From NCBI GenBank assembly GCA_023954255.1, contig JAMLIH010000009.1, positions 4,502 through 68,501 of the forward strand: a DNA stretch of 64,000 nucleotides. The letters run 5' to 3'. This document shows positions 51,717 through 61,096 of the stretch, piece after piece. A program made the translations under genes and the position numbers. How positions within the stretch are numbered: position 1 is the stretch's first letter; each line of letters opens with the position of its first letter. Origin of the DNA: Phyllobacteriaceae bacterium. Its GTDB lineage: Bacteria; Pseudomonadota; Alphaproteobacteria; Rhizobiales; Rhizobiaceae. Under the pieces are notes generated by a model. The model was not told the origin of the DNA and ran no database searches. It worked only from the letters and a program-made list of their open reading frames with translations.

Positions 51717-52817
51717 ATGTTGGACAAGAAAACCACGCGCCGCAGCGCGCTTGGCGCGTTGGCAGGTGCCGGTGCGATCACCCTTGCTGCGCCGCATATC
51801 GCGACGGCCGCCTCACACGGCACGACCTGGAAAATCCAGACGTCATGGCCTGGCGGCGCAGGATTGCAGATCTTCAAGGACTGGTGCGCCACCATTCAGG
51901 AAAAAACCGGCGGTGAACTCGCCTTCCAGCCTTTCGGCGCCAATGACGTCGTCGGCGATTTCCAGCTTTACGATGCCGTCAAGAACGGTGTGCTGCAGGC
52001 GGTGAACCCGTTCACCATCTACGTGCAGGGTATCATCCCCGCAGGCGTGTTCCTCAGCTCCTATCCGCTCGGCCTGCGCAATCCGCACGAATGGGACGTG
52101 TTCTTCTACGGCCTTGGCGGGCTGGAGATGGCGCGTGAACTCTACGCGGCCCAGGGCATGCATTTTGTCGGCCCGGTTCATCACGGTCCCAACATCATCC
52201 ACTCCAAGGTGCCGATCCGCTCGATCGACGATTTCCGCGGCCGCAAGATGCGCCTGCCGGGCGGCATGGTTGCGGAGGTCTTTACCGAGATCGGCGCGGA
52301 AACCACCGTGCTGCCGGGGTCGGAAATCTTCCCGGCGCTGGAGAAAGGCACCATCGACGTGGCCGACTATGTCGGACCGGCGGTCAACTACTCGCTCGGC
52401 TTCAGCCAGGTGACCAAGTACATCTCCATGGGACCGCCCGGATTCATGTCGCTTTACCAGCCGGTCGACTTGATGGACATCACCGTCGGCATGGATTCCT
52501 GGAACGCCCTGTCGCCGCAGATGCAGCAGTTCGTCGAAATGGAAACCCACGTCTATTCCGACATGCACCATGCGGCGATCCAGAAGGCCGACCAGGAAGC
52601 ATGGGCCAAGTTCGAGGCCGATGGTACCGAGGTTACGCGTCTGTCGCAGGACGATGTCGAACTGATGACCGAGGTCGCCGTGCCGATCTGGTTCAAATAC
52701 GCCAATCGCGACAAATCCTCGGCGCGGATCTTCAAGACCCAGCTCGACTACATGATGTCGGGTTCGCTCGGCTACGTCACGCCGGAGCAGATCGAGGGCC
52801 TGTCGCTCGATCTCTGA
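51717..52817 (+). CDS. dctP: TRAP substrate-binding protein (monocarboxylate/hydroxy-acid clade), Tat-exported
   Basis: TRRSAL Tat motif; WKIQTSW, conserved KMRLPGG arginine, ALEKGTIDVADYVGP. Confidence 0.93.
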   Translation: MLDKKTTRRSALGALAGAGAITLAAPHIATAASHGTTWKIQTSWPGGAGLQIFKDWCATIQEKTGGELAFQPFGANDVVGDFQLYDAVKNGVLQAVNPFTIYVQGIIPAGVFLSSYPLGLRNPHEWDVFFYGLGGLEMARELYAAQGMHFVGPVHHGPNIIHSKVPIRSIDDFRGRKMRLPGGMVAEVFTEIGAETTVLPGSEIFPALEKGTIDVADYVGPAVNYSLGFSQVTKYISMGPPGFMSLYQPVDLMDITVGMDSWNALSPQMQQFVEMETHVYSDMHHAAIQKADQEAWAKFEADGTEVTRLSQDDVELMTEVAVPIWFKYANRDKSSARIFKTQLDYMMSGSLGYVTPEQIEGLSLDL

Positions 52818-52862
52818 TCAGGCAAGTAGGGGGCAGGGCTGAAGTCCTGTCCCGTCATTTCC

Positions 52863-52898
52863 AGCCCGGCCGCCGCCGCAAGCAGGCAGCGCCGGGCT
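52863..52898. terminator. GC-rich hairpin between dctP and dctQ (mRNA stabiliser or attenuator)
   Basis: CAGCCCGGC...GCCGGGCTG arms; no clear U-tract. Confidence 0.4.
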
Positions 52899-52976
52899 GC
52901 GATTTCTTTGCGGCTTGCCGGTGCGGGTATCGCGGGCCATCCTTGAAAACAGGACTTGAACAGAACTGGATTTGAA

Positions 52977-54287
52977 ATGCCTGGTCTCAGCTTCACGCTG
53001 CCGCATTGGCTTTACTGGGTTGGCCTGATCGTCTTTCCGCTGGTTGCCATGGCGCTCGCCCGCCGGCCGAAACCGGCACGCCAGACCTATTCGACCGCGC
53101 TGAGCTATCTCATTCTGATCACCGGCGGACTGGTCGGCCTGCACCGGCTGTACCTGAAGAACATCTGGGGACTTCTGTTCATCCCCATCTTCCTGTTTGT
53201 CCTGTTTGCCAACGCCAACGAACGCGAGGCGCGCTCGGCTGCCTCGGATGCCGACAATCTGGTGCGTGTTGCCGAACGCACGATCGAACGCGAGGAGCCC
53301 CGGCTCAAATCGGCCGAATCCCAGATTGACGATTTGCGCGCCGAGGTTGCCGCCGCCGAGGAAGGTTCGTTTGCAAGGCGCGGCGCCGAGCGCAAGCTGA
53401 AGCGCACCGAGGATCAGGTCGAGAAGAGCCGGGTGCGCCTAGACGAGGCACGTGCCGAGCTTGAGGAAATCAAGCCGCTGGCCACCGTGGCGCAGGACAA
53501 CCGGAGCTTCTGGTCCAACGCCGCCCGCAATGCCTTCTATGTGCTGCTGGCGATGATGGCTGTTGACGCCCTGTTGATCCCGATGCTGGTGCGCAAGGCC
53601 AATGCCTCGATCGGCGAGGAGGAAGTCAGCGAGGCGGAAGCCGCCCTTGCCGCAGCCGAGGCAACCGAGGAGCGCAAGCAGGACAGCGACTACGCGAAGA
53701 ACTGGATAGACCGGCTCTCGCTGTTTTGCGGCGAATTCGTCAGCTACTGGGCGGTCATTGCCGTCTTCGTCTACTACTTCGAGGTCATTTCCCGCTACGT
53801 TTTCAACTCGCCCACCAACTGGGCGCATGAAGCGATGTACCTGATGTTCGGCATGCAGTATCTCATCGCCGGCGCCTATGCCATGCTGACCGAAAGCCAT
53901 GTGCGGGTCGACGTCTTCTATGCGCCGATGTCGCCGCGCCGCAAGGCGATCACCGATCTGCTGACTTCGATCTTCTTCTTCATCTTCGCCGGAACACTGC
54001 TCGTCACCTCGTGGATTTTCGCCTTCGACGCCATTGCCGTTCCGTCCGGCAACTCGGTGGTTTCCGACTGGGCGCGCGGCCAGTACGGCTTCTTCGAGAT
54101 GCTCGGCAAACTCACCCTTTCCGAATGGACCGATCCCAACATCCGCTGGGGCGAGATCAGTTTCAACGAGTGGGAAGTGCCGTTATGGCCGATGAAGTGG
54201 GTCATGGTGCTGGGCGGGCTGCTGCTGGTGCTCCAGGGAATCTCCAAACTTGCCCAGGACTTCCGGGCTGTCATGAGGGGCGCGTAA
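52977..54287 (+). CDS. dctQ: TRAP small permease DctQ fused to N-terminal TM, TM2-like and coiled-coil regions
   Basis: C-terminal IDRLSLFCGE, YFEVISRYVFNSPTNWAHE, HVRVDVFY and LQGISK DctQ motifs; GGLVGLHRLYL TM2-like motif. Start re-set to MPGLS. Confidence 0.88.
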   Translation: MPGLSFTLPHWLYWVGLIVFPLVAMALARRPKPARQTYSTALSYLILITGGLVGLHRLYLKNIWGLLFIPIFLFVLFANANEREARSAASDADNLVRVAERTIEREEPRLKSAESQIDDLRAEVAAAEEGSFARRGAERKLKRTEDQVEKSRVRLDEARAELEEIKPLATVAQDNRSFWSNAARNAFYVLLAMMAVDALLIPMLVRKANASIGEEEVSEAEAALAAAEATEERKQDSDYAKNWIDRLSLFCGEFVSYWAVIAVFVYYFEVISRYVFNSPTNWAHEAMYLMFGMQYLIAGAYAMLTESHVRVDVFYAPMSPRRKAITDLLTSIFFFIFAGTLLVTSWIFAFDAIAVPSGNSVVSDWARGQYGFFEMLGKLTLSEWTDPNIRWGEISFNEWEVPLWPMKWVMVLGGLLLVLQGISKLAQDFRAVMRGA

Positions 54288-54288
54288 C

Positions 54289-55644
54289 ATGGGTATCGAC
54301 ATTTCCATCGGGTATCTGACCCTCATCATGTTCGGCAGCCTGCTGGTGCTGCTGATGGCGGGCCTGCCGCTTGCCTTCGTCACCGGCGGCCTTGCCTGTG
54401 TATTCCTGTTCGTGCTGGGTGATGCCCAGGCGCTCAACATCGTGCCGAGCCGCATCTTTCCGCTGATGACGAATTATCAGTTATCGGCGATACCGCTCTT
54501 CATCTTCATGGCAGCGATGCTCGAACGGGCGGGCATCATCAACGACATGTTCGATGTCATCTACAAGGTGCTGGGCGGCGTGCGCGGCGGGCTGGCTTCT
54601 GCCACCATCATCGCTTCCACCATTCTTGCCGCCATGGTCGGCGTCATCGGCGCTGCCGTCGTCACCATGGGCATCATCGCGCTGCCGGCCATGCTCAAGC
54701 GCGGCTACGATCCCAAGATCGCCATGGGTTCGATCATGGCCGGCGGAACGCTCGGTATTCTGATCCCGCCATCGATCCTGGCGATCATCTACGCCGTCGT
54801 CGCCGAACAATCGGTTGGTGAACTCTTCATCGGCGCGGTCATCCCCGGCCTGATGCTGTCGGGTCTCTACATCGCCTACGTCACCATCCGCTCCTACGTC
54901 AATCCGGAACTGGGCCCGCCCATTCCCGTCGAGGAGCGCGTTTCCACCCGCGAGAAGGTGCGCCTGATCGGCAAGATGTCCGCTCCGCTGGCGCTGATCG
55001 TCGTCGTCCTCGGCGTCATCTTCTCTGGCGTCGCAACCCCGGTGGAGGCAGCCGGCATCGGCACCTTCGGCGCCTTCATCGTTGCAGCCATCCACCGCAA
55101 GCTCGACTGGCCGACCATCCGCGAAGCCTGCCTGACGACCCTGAAGGCCTCCGCCATGGTGATCTGGATCATGTTCGGCGCCACCATCTTCGTCGGCCTC
55201 TACGTGCTCGAAGGCGGTCAGCAATTCGTCCAGCAGGCGCTGGAAGGAACCGGTCTCGGCCCCTGGGGCATTCTGATCGTCATGCAGATCGTGCTGATCA
55301 TCCTCGGCATGTTTCTCGACTGGGTCGGCATCCTGCTGCTCTGCGTGCCGATCTTCGTGCCGATCATCAAGTCGCTGGGGGCGGCAGCCTTCGGCCTCGA
55401 CAGTCCCGACGATCTGGTTCTGTGGTTCGGCGTGCTCTATCTCGTCAACATGCAGATGAGCTTCCTGTCGCCGCCCTTCGGCTATGCCCTGTTCTACCTG
55501 CGCGGTGTGGCGCCGGCGGACATACCCATGTCGGACATTTTCCGCTCGGCAATACCCTTCCTGATGCTGCAGGTGTTGGGGCTGGCAATCTGCATGCTGT
55601 TTCCGCAGGTCATCACCTGGCTGCCGAACCTGGTCTATCAATAA
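54289..55644 (+). CDS. dctM: TRAP large permease DctM
   Basis: GLPLAF, AIPLFIFM, GGTLGILIPPS, VATPVEAA and SFLSPPFG motifs. Confidence 0.95.
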   Translation: MGIDISIGYLTLIMFGSLLVLLMAGLPLAFVTGGLACVFLFVLGDAQALNIVPSRIFPLMTNYQLSAIPLFIFMAAMLERAGIINDMFDVIYKVLGGVRGGLASATIIASTILAAMVGVIGAAVVTMGIIALPAMLKRGYDPKIAMGSIMAGGTLGILIPPSILAIIYAVVAEQSVGELFIGAVIPGLMLSGLYIAYVTIRSYVNPELGPPIPVEERVSTREKVRLIGKMSAPLALIVVVLGVIFSGVATPVEAAGIGTFGAFIVAAIHRKLDWPTIREACLTTLKASAMVIWIMFGATIFVGLYVLEGGQQFVQQALEGTGLGPWGILIVMQIVLIILGMFLDWVGILLLCVPIFVPIIKSLGAAAFGLDSPDDLVLWFGVLYLVNMQMSFLSPPFGYALFYLRGVAPADIPMSDIFRSAIPFLMLQVLGLAICMLFPQVITWLPNLVYQ

Positions 55645-55718
55645 GCGGGCGGTGCTTCGGCCGGGCAGGCAGTAAAAATGCGAGCAGGAGGTAGCCGGCT
55701 CCCGGTGACGCCTTGGGC

Positions 55719-56663
55719 CTATCCGGCTTCCACCCAGGCCTTGATCAGCGCATGGGCGATTGCCCGTGTCGGCGGGCACCGGACACCTTCCGGGTGCTCG
55801 TCTGCGATCATCATCCGGACATCCCGGCGGGAAAACCAGCGGCAGTCCTCCAGTTCGTCCTGCTGAAAGACGATTTCCTCCGACACCGCCTCGCAGTGCA
55901 CGCCGATCATCAGCGAATGGGGAAACGGCCAGGGCTGGCTGGCGTAATAGCGCACGCGCCGCACCCTGATGCCCGCTTCCTCGAAGGTCTCGCGCCGAAC
56001 CGCATCCTCGATGGTTTCCCCCGGCTCGACGAAGCCCGCAAGCGTCGAATACCAGCCTTCCGGGAAATGCGGCGAGCGGCCGAGCAGGCATTTGTCGCCG
56101 CGCACCGCCAGCATGATGACCACCGGATCGGTGCGCGGAAACACCATGTGGCCGCATTCCGTGCAGGCAATTTTGTAGCCGCCGATCTCGGTGCGGGTGG
56201 GGCTGCCGCATTTGCCGCAAAAGCGGTGCACCGAGATCCAGTGCAGCAGGCTGCCGCCCTGGGCGATGGCGCCCATGTCCTGCTCGCTCACCGAGGATGA
56301 ATAGAGCAGCGAGCGAAAGTCGTAGAGCTTGTAGGGCTCGGCAAGGGTTTCCTCGTCGATCCCGGCGGGAACGGCGATGCGTGGTCCGTCGTCGGAGTGA
56401 CCGAGCAGAACGCCTTCTTCCGGCCTGCCGCCCCATTGCCGCGCCTCTTCGATGCCGAACAGGACACGGGGATTTTCCCCTTTGTCGACCAGTACCTTGC
56501 TGCCGCAGTAGAGATAGAGCCTGCATCCGGGGTCGGCGAGAGCTGCCCCAAGCGTTTTCTCGTCGCGGTTTTCCGCATCGCGCACCAGTTCGTTGCGCCC
56601 GAAGCCGACGAAATGCGACGGCTCGGGATAATCGGCGTCGAACAGCCTGTTTGCGGGCAACAT
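55719..56663 (-). CDS. nudC: NAD(+)/NADH pyrophosphatase
   Basis: Zinc finger FCGKCG...CTECG, FPRTDPVVI, Nudix box GFVEPGETIEDAVRRETFEE, SQPWPFPHS. Start approximate. Confidence 0.94.
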   Translation of the reverse strand: MLPANRLFDADYPEPSHFVGFGRNELVRDAENRDEKTLGAALADPGCRLYLYCGSKVLVDKGENPRVLFGIEEARQWGGRPEEGVLLGHSDDGPRIAVPAGIDEETLAEPYKLYDFRSLLYSSSVSEQDMGAIAQGGSLLHWISVHRFCGKCGSPTRTEIGGYKIACTECGHMVFPRTDPVVIMLAVRGDKCLLGRSPHFPEGWYSTLAGFVEPGETIEDAVRRETFEEAGIRVRRVRYYASQPWPFPHSLMIGVHCEAVSEEIVFQQDELEDCRWFSRRDVRMMIADEHPEGVRCPPTRAIAHALIKAWVEAG

Positions 56664-56664
56664 G

Positions 56665-57087
56665 TCAGGAGAAGGCACGAAGGGTGTTCCGGAAGGACTC
56701 GATGAAGGTTTCCGCTTCCTCCTTGCCATAGGCAACAGGGGTTTCATACCCCCAGACCGGCCCCGGCCAGTTGGTGTCGCCTTCGCGCCGTCCCACCACA
56801 TGCCAGTGCATTTGCGTGACCACATTGCCGAGCGTGGCGACATTGGTGGAGGTGCAGACGCCCATTTCCTTCAGCGCAGCCGAAATCTCCGCAAGGTGGT
56901 CCGCCAATGGTCCGAGCCCGCCCGGCGGATAATCGTCGATGTCGGTGATACCCGGCATGGAAGGCACCACGATAATCCAGGGCCAGCGCCGGTCGTTCAT
57001 CAGCCGCGTCTGCCAGGCATTGGCTGAGATGATCGGGAGTGTATCCCTCTCAAGCCGGGGATCGAGGCTGCCGGGTTTCGAAATCAT
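56665..57087 (-). CDS. HIT family protein
   Basis: LDPRLERDT, MNDRRWPW, NVATLGNVVTQMHWHVVGR and WPGPVW motifs. Confidence 0.9.
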   Translation of the reverse strand: MISKPGSLDPRLERDTLPIISANAWQTRLMNDRRWPWIIVVPSMPGITDIDDYPPGGLGPLADHLAEISAALKEMGVCTSTNVATLGNVVTQMHWHVVGRREGDTNWPGPVWGYETPVAYGKEEAETFIESFRNTLRAFS

Positions 57088-57159
57088 GCCGAAACCCTAG
57101 CAGATTCGGCAAGCCGGGGAATGGAATTCGCCACGGCGGCGAAGAATGCCGCCGGCGGC

Positions 57160-57188
57160 TTGCAATTGCCGCGCGAGTGACGGATATC
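57160..57188 (+). promoter_or_regulatory. Probable sigma70 promoter of ffs (TTGCAA-N17-GATATC)
   Basis: Spacing places the start site at about 57195, at the RNA 5' end. Confidence 0.5.
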
Positions 57189-57195
57189 TGGCCTC

Positions 57196-57296
57196 GGAAG
57201 ACTGGTGCGGTGGACGAGTTCCTCGCCAACCTGGTCAGGTCCGGAAGGAAGCAGCCACAACGAGTTTCTGCTCGGGTCACCTCAAGCCAGTCTTCC
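57196..57296 (+). ncRNA. ffs: Signal recognition particle RNA (4.5S)
   Basis: Conserved core GTCAGGTCCGGAAGGAAGCAGC; terminal stem GGAAGACTGG/CCAGTCTTCC; located upstream of dnaX. Confidence 0.95.
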
Positions 57297-57460
57297 ACCT
57301 TCTCCTTCCTGCCGCCGGAACGAACTTGCCGACCATTTAACCTGTGGGCGGGCAGGATGCCGCCATGGTGGCGGTTTGTTCTGCCGTCATTTGCGGTATA
57401 GTGATCCGGTGAGGCCGGGCGACCGGCCGGATGAATTTCCCGGAAGATTTTCAGGGCAGC

Positions 57461-59329
57461 ATGTCTGAAAAGAGCGAATACAGGGTTCTCGCGCGCAAAT
57501 ACCGGCCGCAGAGATTTGCCGATCTCATTGGCCAGGAACCCATGGTGCGCACGCTTTCCAACGCCTTCGCGTCGGGCCGTATTGCACAGGCCTACATGCT
57601 GACCGGGGTGCGCGGTGTCGGCAAGACGACCACGGCCCGCATCCTTGCCCGCGCGCTCAACTACAAGACCGATTCGGTCAATGAACCGGATATCTCGCTG
57701 GAGACCGAGGGCGAGCACTGCCGCGCGATCATCGAGGGCCGCCATGTCGATGTTATCGAGATGGATGCGGCTTCCCACACCGGCATCGACGACATTCGCG
57801 AGATCATCGAATCGGTGCAGTACGCCCCGGCGCTCGCCCGCTACAAGGTCTACATCATCGACGAGGTGCACATGCTCTCCCGCAGCGCCTTCAACGGCCT
57901 GCTGAAGACGCTTGAGGAACCGCCGGCGCATCTGAAGTTCATCTTCGCCACCACCGAAATCCGCAAGGTGCCGATTACCGTCCTCTCCCGCTGCCAGCGT
58001 TTCGACCTGCGCCGCATCGAGGCGGGTGAGATGGTTGAGCATCTCGGCAAGATCACCGCTTCGGAGGGCGCCGAGGCGGAGGACGAGGCGCTTGGCATGA
58101 TTGCCCGCGCTTCCGAGGGCTCGGTGCGCGATGCGCTGTCGATCCTCGATCAGGCGATTGCCCATGCCGACGGCAAGGTGATGGCCGAGGGCATCCGATC
58201 CATGCTGCGGCTTGCAGACCGGGCCCGGGTGATCGATCTGTTCTCGCATGTCATGAGCGGCAACATCGCAGCTGCGCTCACGGAGATGAAGAGCCAGTAT
58301 GATGTTGGCGCCGATCCCTACGTGGTGCTGACCGATCTCGCCGATTTCATTCATTATGTGACCCGGCTGAAATATGCCGGTTCCGCCGAGGGTGCGGCCC
58401 TTGCCGGCAACAGTGCGGCCTTTTCCGAGGCTGAGCGGGTGCGCGGCAGCGAGTTTGCAGAAAAGCTCTCGGTAAGGGTGCTTGGCCGTGCCTGGCAGAT
58501 CCTGCTCAAGGGGCTGGCCGAGGTGCGTTCCTCCGAGCGCGCCCTTGCCGCTGCCGACATGGTGCTGGTGCGCCTTACCCATGCAGCCGATCTTCCCTCC
58601 CATGAGGAACTCGTGCGCATGGCATCGGAAGGCAAGGGGCCTGATGAACCGCAACCTGCAGCCTCCGGCGCTCCGGCATCCGCCGTCTCGGCGTCGTCCG
58701 AAACCCGTCATGCACCGGCATTCGCGCCGCCCGTCAATGCGCCCGTTGCCTTTGCTCCGCGCAAGGATGTGTCCGGGGAAAGCGGGCCGGTTCCACAAGC
58801 GGGCCTGGCAGACAACACCGCGCCCAAGCCGCAGCCCCAACCGATGCCGGCTGAAAGCGATGCCGGAGAGCCGCCACTCGTTCTCAAGGGTTTCGAGGAC
58901 CTGATATTCCTCGCCGAGGACAAGCGCGACATTCGCGTCAAGCTGTTCCTGCGGCGCAACGTGCGCCTTGTGAGCTTCAAGTCCGGTACGCTGGAATTCA
59001 ACCTTGTCGGCGATCCGCCACGCGAAATCCTGCAGCATGCCAAGGAGCGGCTTGAAACCTGGACGCGGCTCAGATGGAATTTCATCATCTCCGACAAGGA
59101 GGGTTTGCCAACGCTCGAGGAGATCGGTATTTTCGCCGAAAAGTCGAGCCAGATCGAGAAGGCGCGCAGCCATCCCACCGTCAAGGCGGTGCTCGACGCC
59201 TTTGAGGGTGCGCGCATTGTCGATGTGCGCATCCGGGAAAAGGCCGAAGAAGGCCTGCCCCTGGCAGAAGAGGATATTGCGGATGATATGCCGGTCGATG
59301 GCGGAAACCTTGACGATTTCTTCGAATAG
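57461..59329 (+). CDS. dnaX: DNA polymerase III subunit gamma/tau
   Basis: YRVLARKYRPQ, GVRGVGKTT, EMDAAS, IIDEVHML and LSRCQRFDL motifs; Pro/Ala-rich linker. Confidence 0.97.
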   Translation: MSEKSEYRVLARKYRPQRFADLIGQEPMVRTLSNAFASGRIAQAYMLTGVRGVGKTTTARILARALNYKTDSVNEPDISLETEGEHCRAIIEGRHVDVIEMDAASHTGIDDIREIIESVQYAPALARYKVYIIDEVHMLSRSAFNGLLKTLEEPPAHLKFIFATTEIRKVPITVLSRCQRFDLRRIEAGEMVEHLGKITASEGAEAEDEALGMIARASEGSVRDALSILDQAIAHADGKVMAEGIRSMLRLADRARVIDLFSHVMSGNIAAALTEMKSQYDVGADPYVVLTDLADFIHYVTRLKYAGSAEGAALAGNSAAFSEAERVRGSEFAEKLSVRVLGRAWQILLKGLAEVRSSERALAAADMVLVRLTHAADLPSHEELVRMASEGKGPDEPQPAASGAPASAVSASSETRHAPAFAPPVNAPVAFAPRKDVSGESGPVPQAGLADNTAPKPQPQPMPAESDAGEPPLVLKGFEDLIFLAEDKRDIRVKLFLRRNVRLVSFKSGTLEFNLVGDPPREILQHAKERLETWTRLRWNFIISDKEGLPTLEEIGIFAEKSSQIEKARSHPTVKAVLDAFEGARIVDVRIREKAEEGLPLAEEDIADDMPVDGGNLDDFFE

Positions 59330-59380
59330 CCCCATCTGCCGTTCTGGAACACAATACTCAAGACAGAGCCGGAATACCCG

Positions 59381-59704
59381 ATGAAAGACATTCTCAACAT
59401 TATGAAGCAGGCCAAGGAGATGCAGGCCAGGATGGCCGAAATGCAGGAAAGCCTTGCCGGCGTGGAAGCTGTCGGAACCGCCGGCGCCGGCATGGTGACG
59501 GTGACGCTTTCCGGCAAGGGTGATCTCAAGTCGGTCAAGATTGATCCTTCGCTTGTCAAGGATGGCGAGGGCGAGATGATCGAGGATCTGATCATTGCCG
59601 CCCATGCCGATGCCAAGGGCAAGGTCGAGACGGTGATGGCCGAAAAGAACCAGGAACGGACGGCGGGACTGCCGATCCCGCCCGGCATGAAATTGCCGTT
59701 CTGA
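59381..59704 (+). CDS. ybaB: YbaB/EbfC nucleoid-associated protein
   Basis: [16 protein letters not shown] and EDLIIAA motifs; between dnaX and recR. Confidence 0.95.
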   Translation: MKDILNIMKQAKEMQARMAEMQESLAGVEAVGTAGAGMVTVTLSGKGDLKSVKIDPSLVKDGEGEMIEDLIIAAHADAKGKVETVMAEKNQERTAGLPIPPGMKLPF

Positions 59705-59729
59705 TCCGGGCTTTACTGCGGCAGGTTCC

Positions 59730-60341
59730 ATGGCAAAATCCGTCACCGGCCCCGAGATCGAACGCCTCATCCAGATTCTCGCCCGCCTTCCGGGTCTGGG
59801 TCCGCGTTCGGCCCGCCGCGCCGCACTGCATCTGATCAAGAAGAAGGAAAGCCTGCTCGAACCGCTGGCCATTGCCGCGCGCGATGCGGCAGAGCATGTC
59901 CGCGTCTGCTCGACCTGCGGCAATGTCGACAGTGCTGATCCTTGTACCGTCTGCACCGATCCGCGCCGCGATCCCGCCACGCTGGTGGTGGTCGAGGATG
60001 TTTCCGATCTTTGGGCGCTGGAGCGTGCCGGTGCCATCAATTGCCGCTACCATGTACTCGGCGGAACCCTTTCTCCACTTGATGGCATCGGCCCCGACGA
60101 TCTCAACATCGCTGCCCTGATCGACCGGATCACGGCGGAGGAATCGCCCGTTACCGAGGTCATCATTGCGGTCAATGCCACGGTCGAGGGCCAGACCACC
60201 GCCCACTATATTACCGACCGGCTGGAGGGCGTGGATATCCGTATCACCCGTCTTGCCCATGGTGTTCCGGTCGGCGGCGAGCTCGACTATCTCGACGAGG
60301 GCACGCTGGCCGCCGCCATCAAGAGCCGGAGCGATTTCTGA
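59730..60341 (+). CDS. recR: Recombination mediator RecR
   Basis: [12 protein letters not shown]4 zinc finger, YHVLGG and [11 protein letters not shown] motifs. Confidence 0.97.
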   Translation: MAKSVTGPEIERLIQILARLPGLGPRSARRAALHLIKKKESLLEPLAIAARDAAEHVRVCSTCGNVDSADPCTVCTDPRRDPATLVVVEDVSDLWALERAGAINCRYHVLGGTLSPLDGIGPDDLNIAALIDRITAEESPVTEVIIAVNATVEGQTTAHYITDRLEGVDIRITRLAHGVPVGGELDYLDEGTLAAAIKSRSDF

Positions 60342-61089
60342 ATGGCGAAGGAAGTCAGGCCCTTTCTGGTTCTGTAACCGCGCCCGTGAGACCGAGGCGT
60401 CCGACAACGAGTTTGCGGCCATCGTCGAAAAGTCCGGTCTGCCGGAAACCGCTTTCACGCGCCTGCGTCTCGGTGCTCACGCGCTGCCCGATGATTTCTC
60501 GCTCGACGACTATGCAGGTGCTTCATCGTCGGCGGCGGACCGGGCTGCGTCTCCGATCCGCCGGAGAAGAAGTCGCCGATCGAAAAGCGCATCGAGGACA
60601 CCGTGCTTTCGCTCATGCCGGAAGTGACCGCACGATTTTCCCTTTCTCGGCTGCTGCTACGGTATCGGCATCCTCGCCCATCACCTCGGCGCACCGGTCT
60701 CCAAGGAGCGCTACAGCGAGCCGGTCAGCGTCACCACGGCGCGGCTCGAGGAAGGGGCTGCCGGCGACCCTCTGCTGGCCGGCGTGCCGTCATCCTTTGA
60801 CGCTTTTGTCGGCCACAAGGAGGCGGTACAGGCCTTGCCCGAAGGCTGCGCTCATCTGCTTTCGTCGCCCGATTGCCCCTTTCAGATGATCCGCCATGGC
60901 GAAAACGTCTACGCCACCCAGTTTCATCCCGAGGCCGATGGCGGCGTGTTCGAACTGCGCATCAACATCTACCGCAACCGCGGCTATTTCGAGCCGCACG
61001 AGGCCGATACGCTGATCGCGGCGGCCCACAGGGGCGATCCGCAGCATGCGGCAAAAATCCTGCGCAATTTCGTCGCTCGGTATGGGTGA
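60342..61089 (+). pseudogene. Class I glutamine amidotransferase-like gene with a nonsense codon and three frameshifts
   Basis: Stitched frames give MAKEVRPFLVL*...ETEASDNEF...IVGGGPGCVSDP...DFPFLGCCYGIG...FVGHKEAV...YATQFHPE. Lesions at 60375 (TAA), ~60387, ~60522 and ~60633. Confidence 0.85.
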
Positions 61090-61096
61090 ACCCTGA

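Noticed and set aside
54481-56526. 681-aa minus-strand ORF, and similar long shadows (2605..4131, 41026..42711, 36245..37651, 32573..33631)
   Set aside because: They overlap well-supported genes on the other strand or in another frame and have non-protein-like composition.
57461-59329. Programmed -1 frameshift in dnaX generating gamma
   Set aside because: I saw no A_AAA_AAG slippery site or long A-run in the gene. Other mechanisms are not excluded.
57050-60040. 996-aa minus-strand ORF
   Set aside because: Antisense shadow of ffs-dnaX-ybaB-recR, with no recognisable motifs. Long stop-free antisense frames are expected in GC-rich coding DNA.
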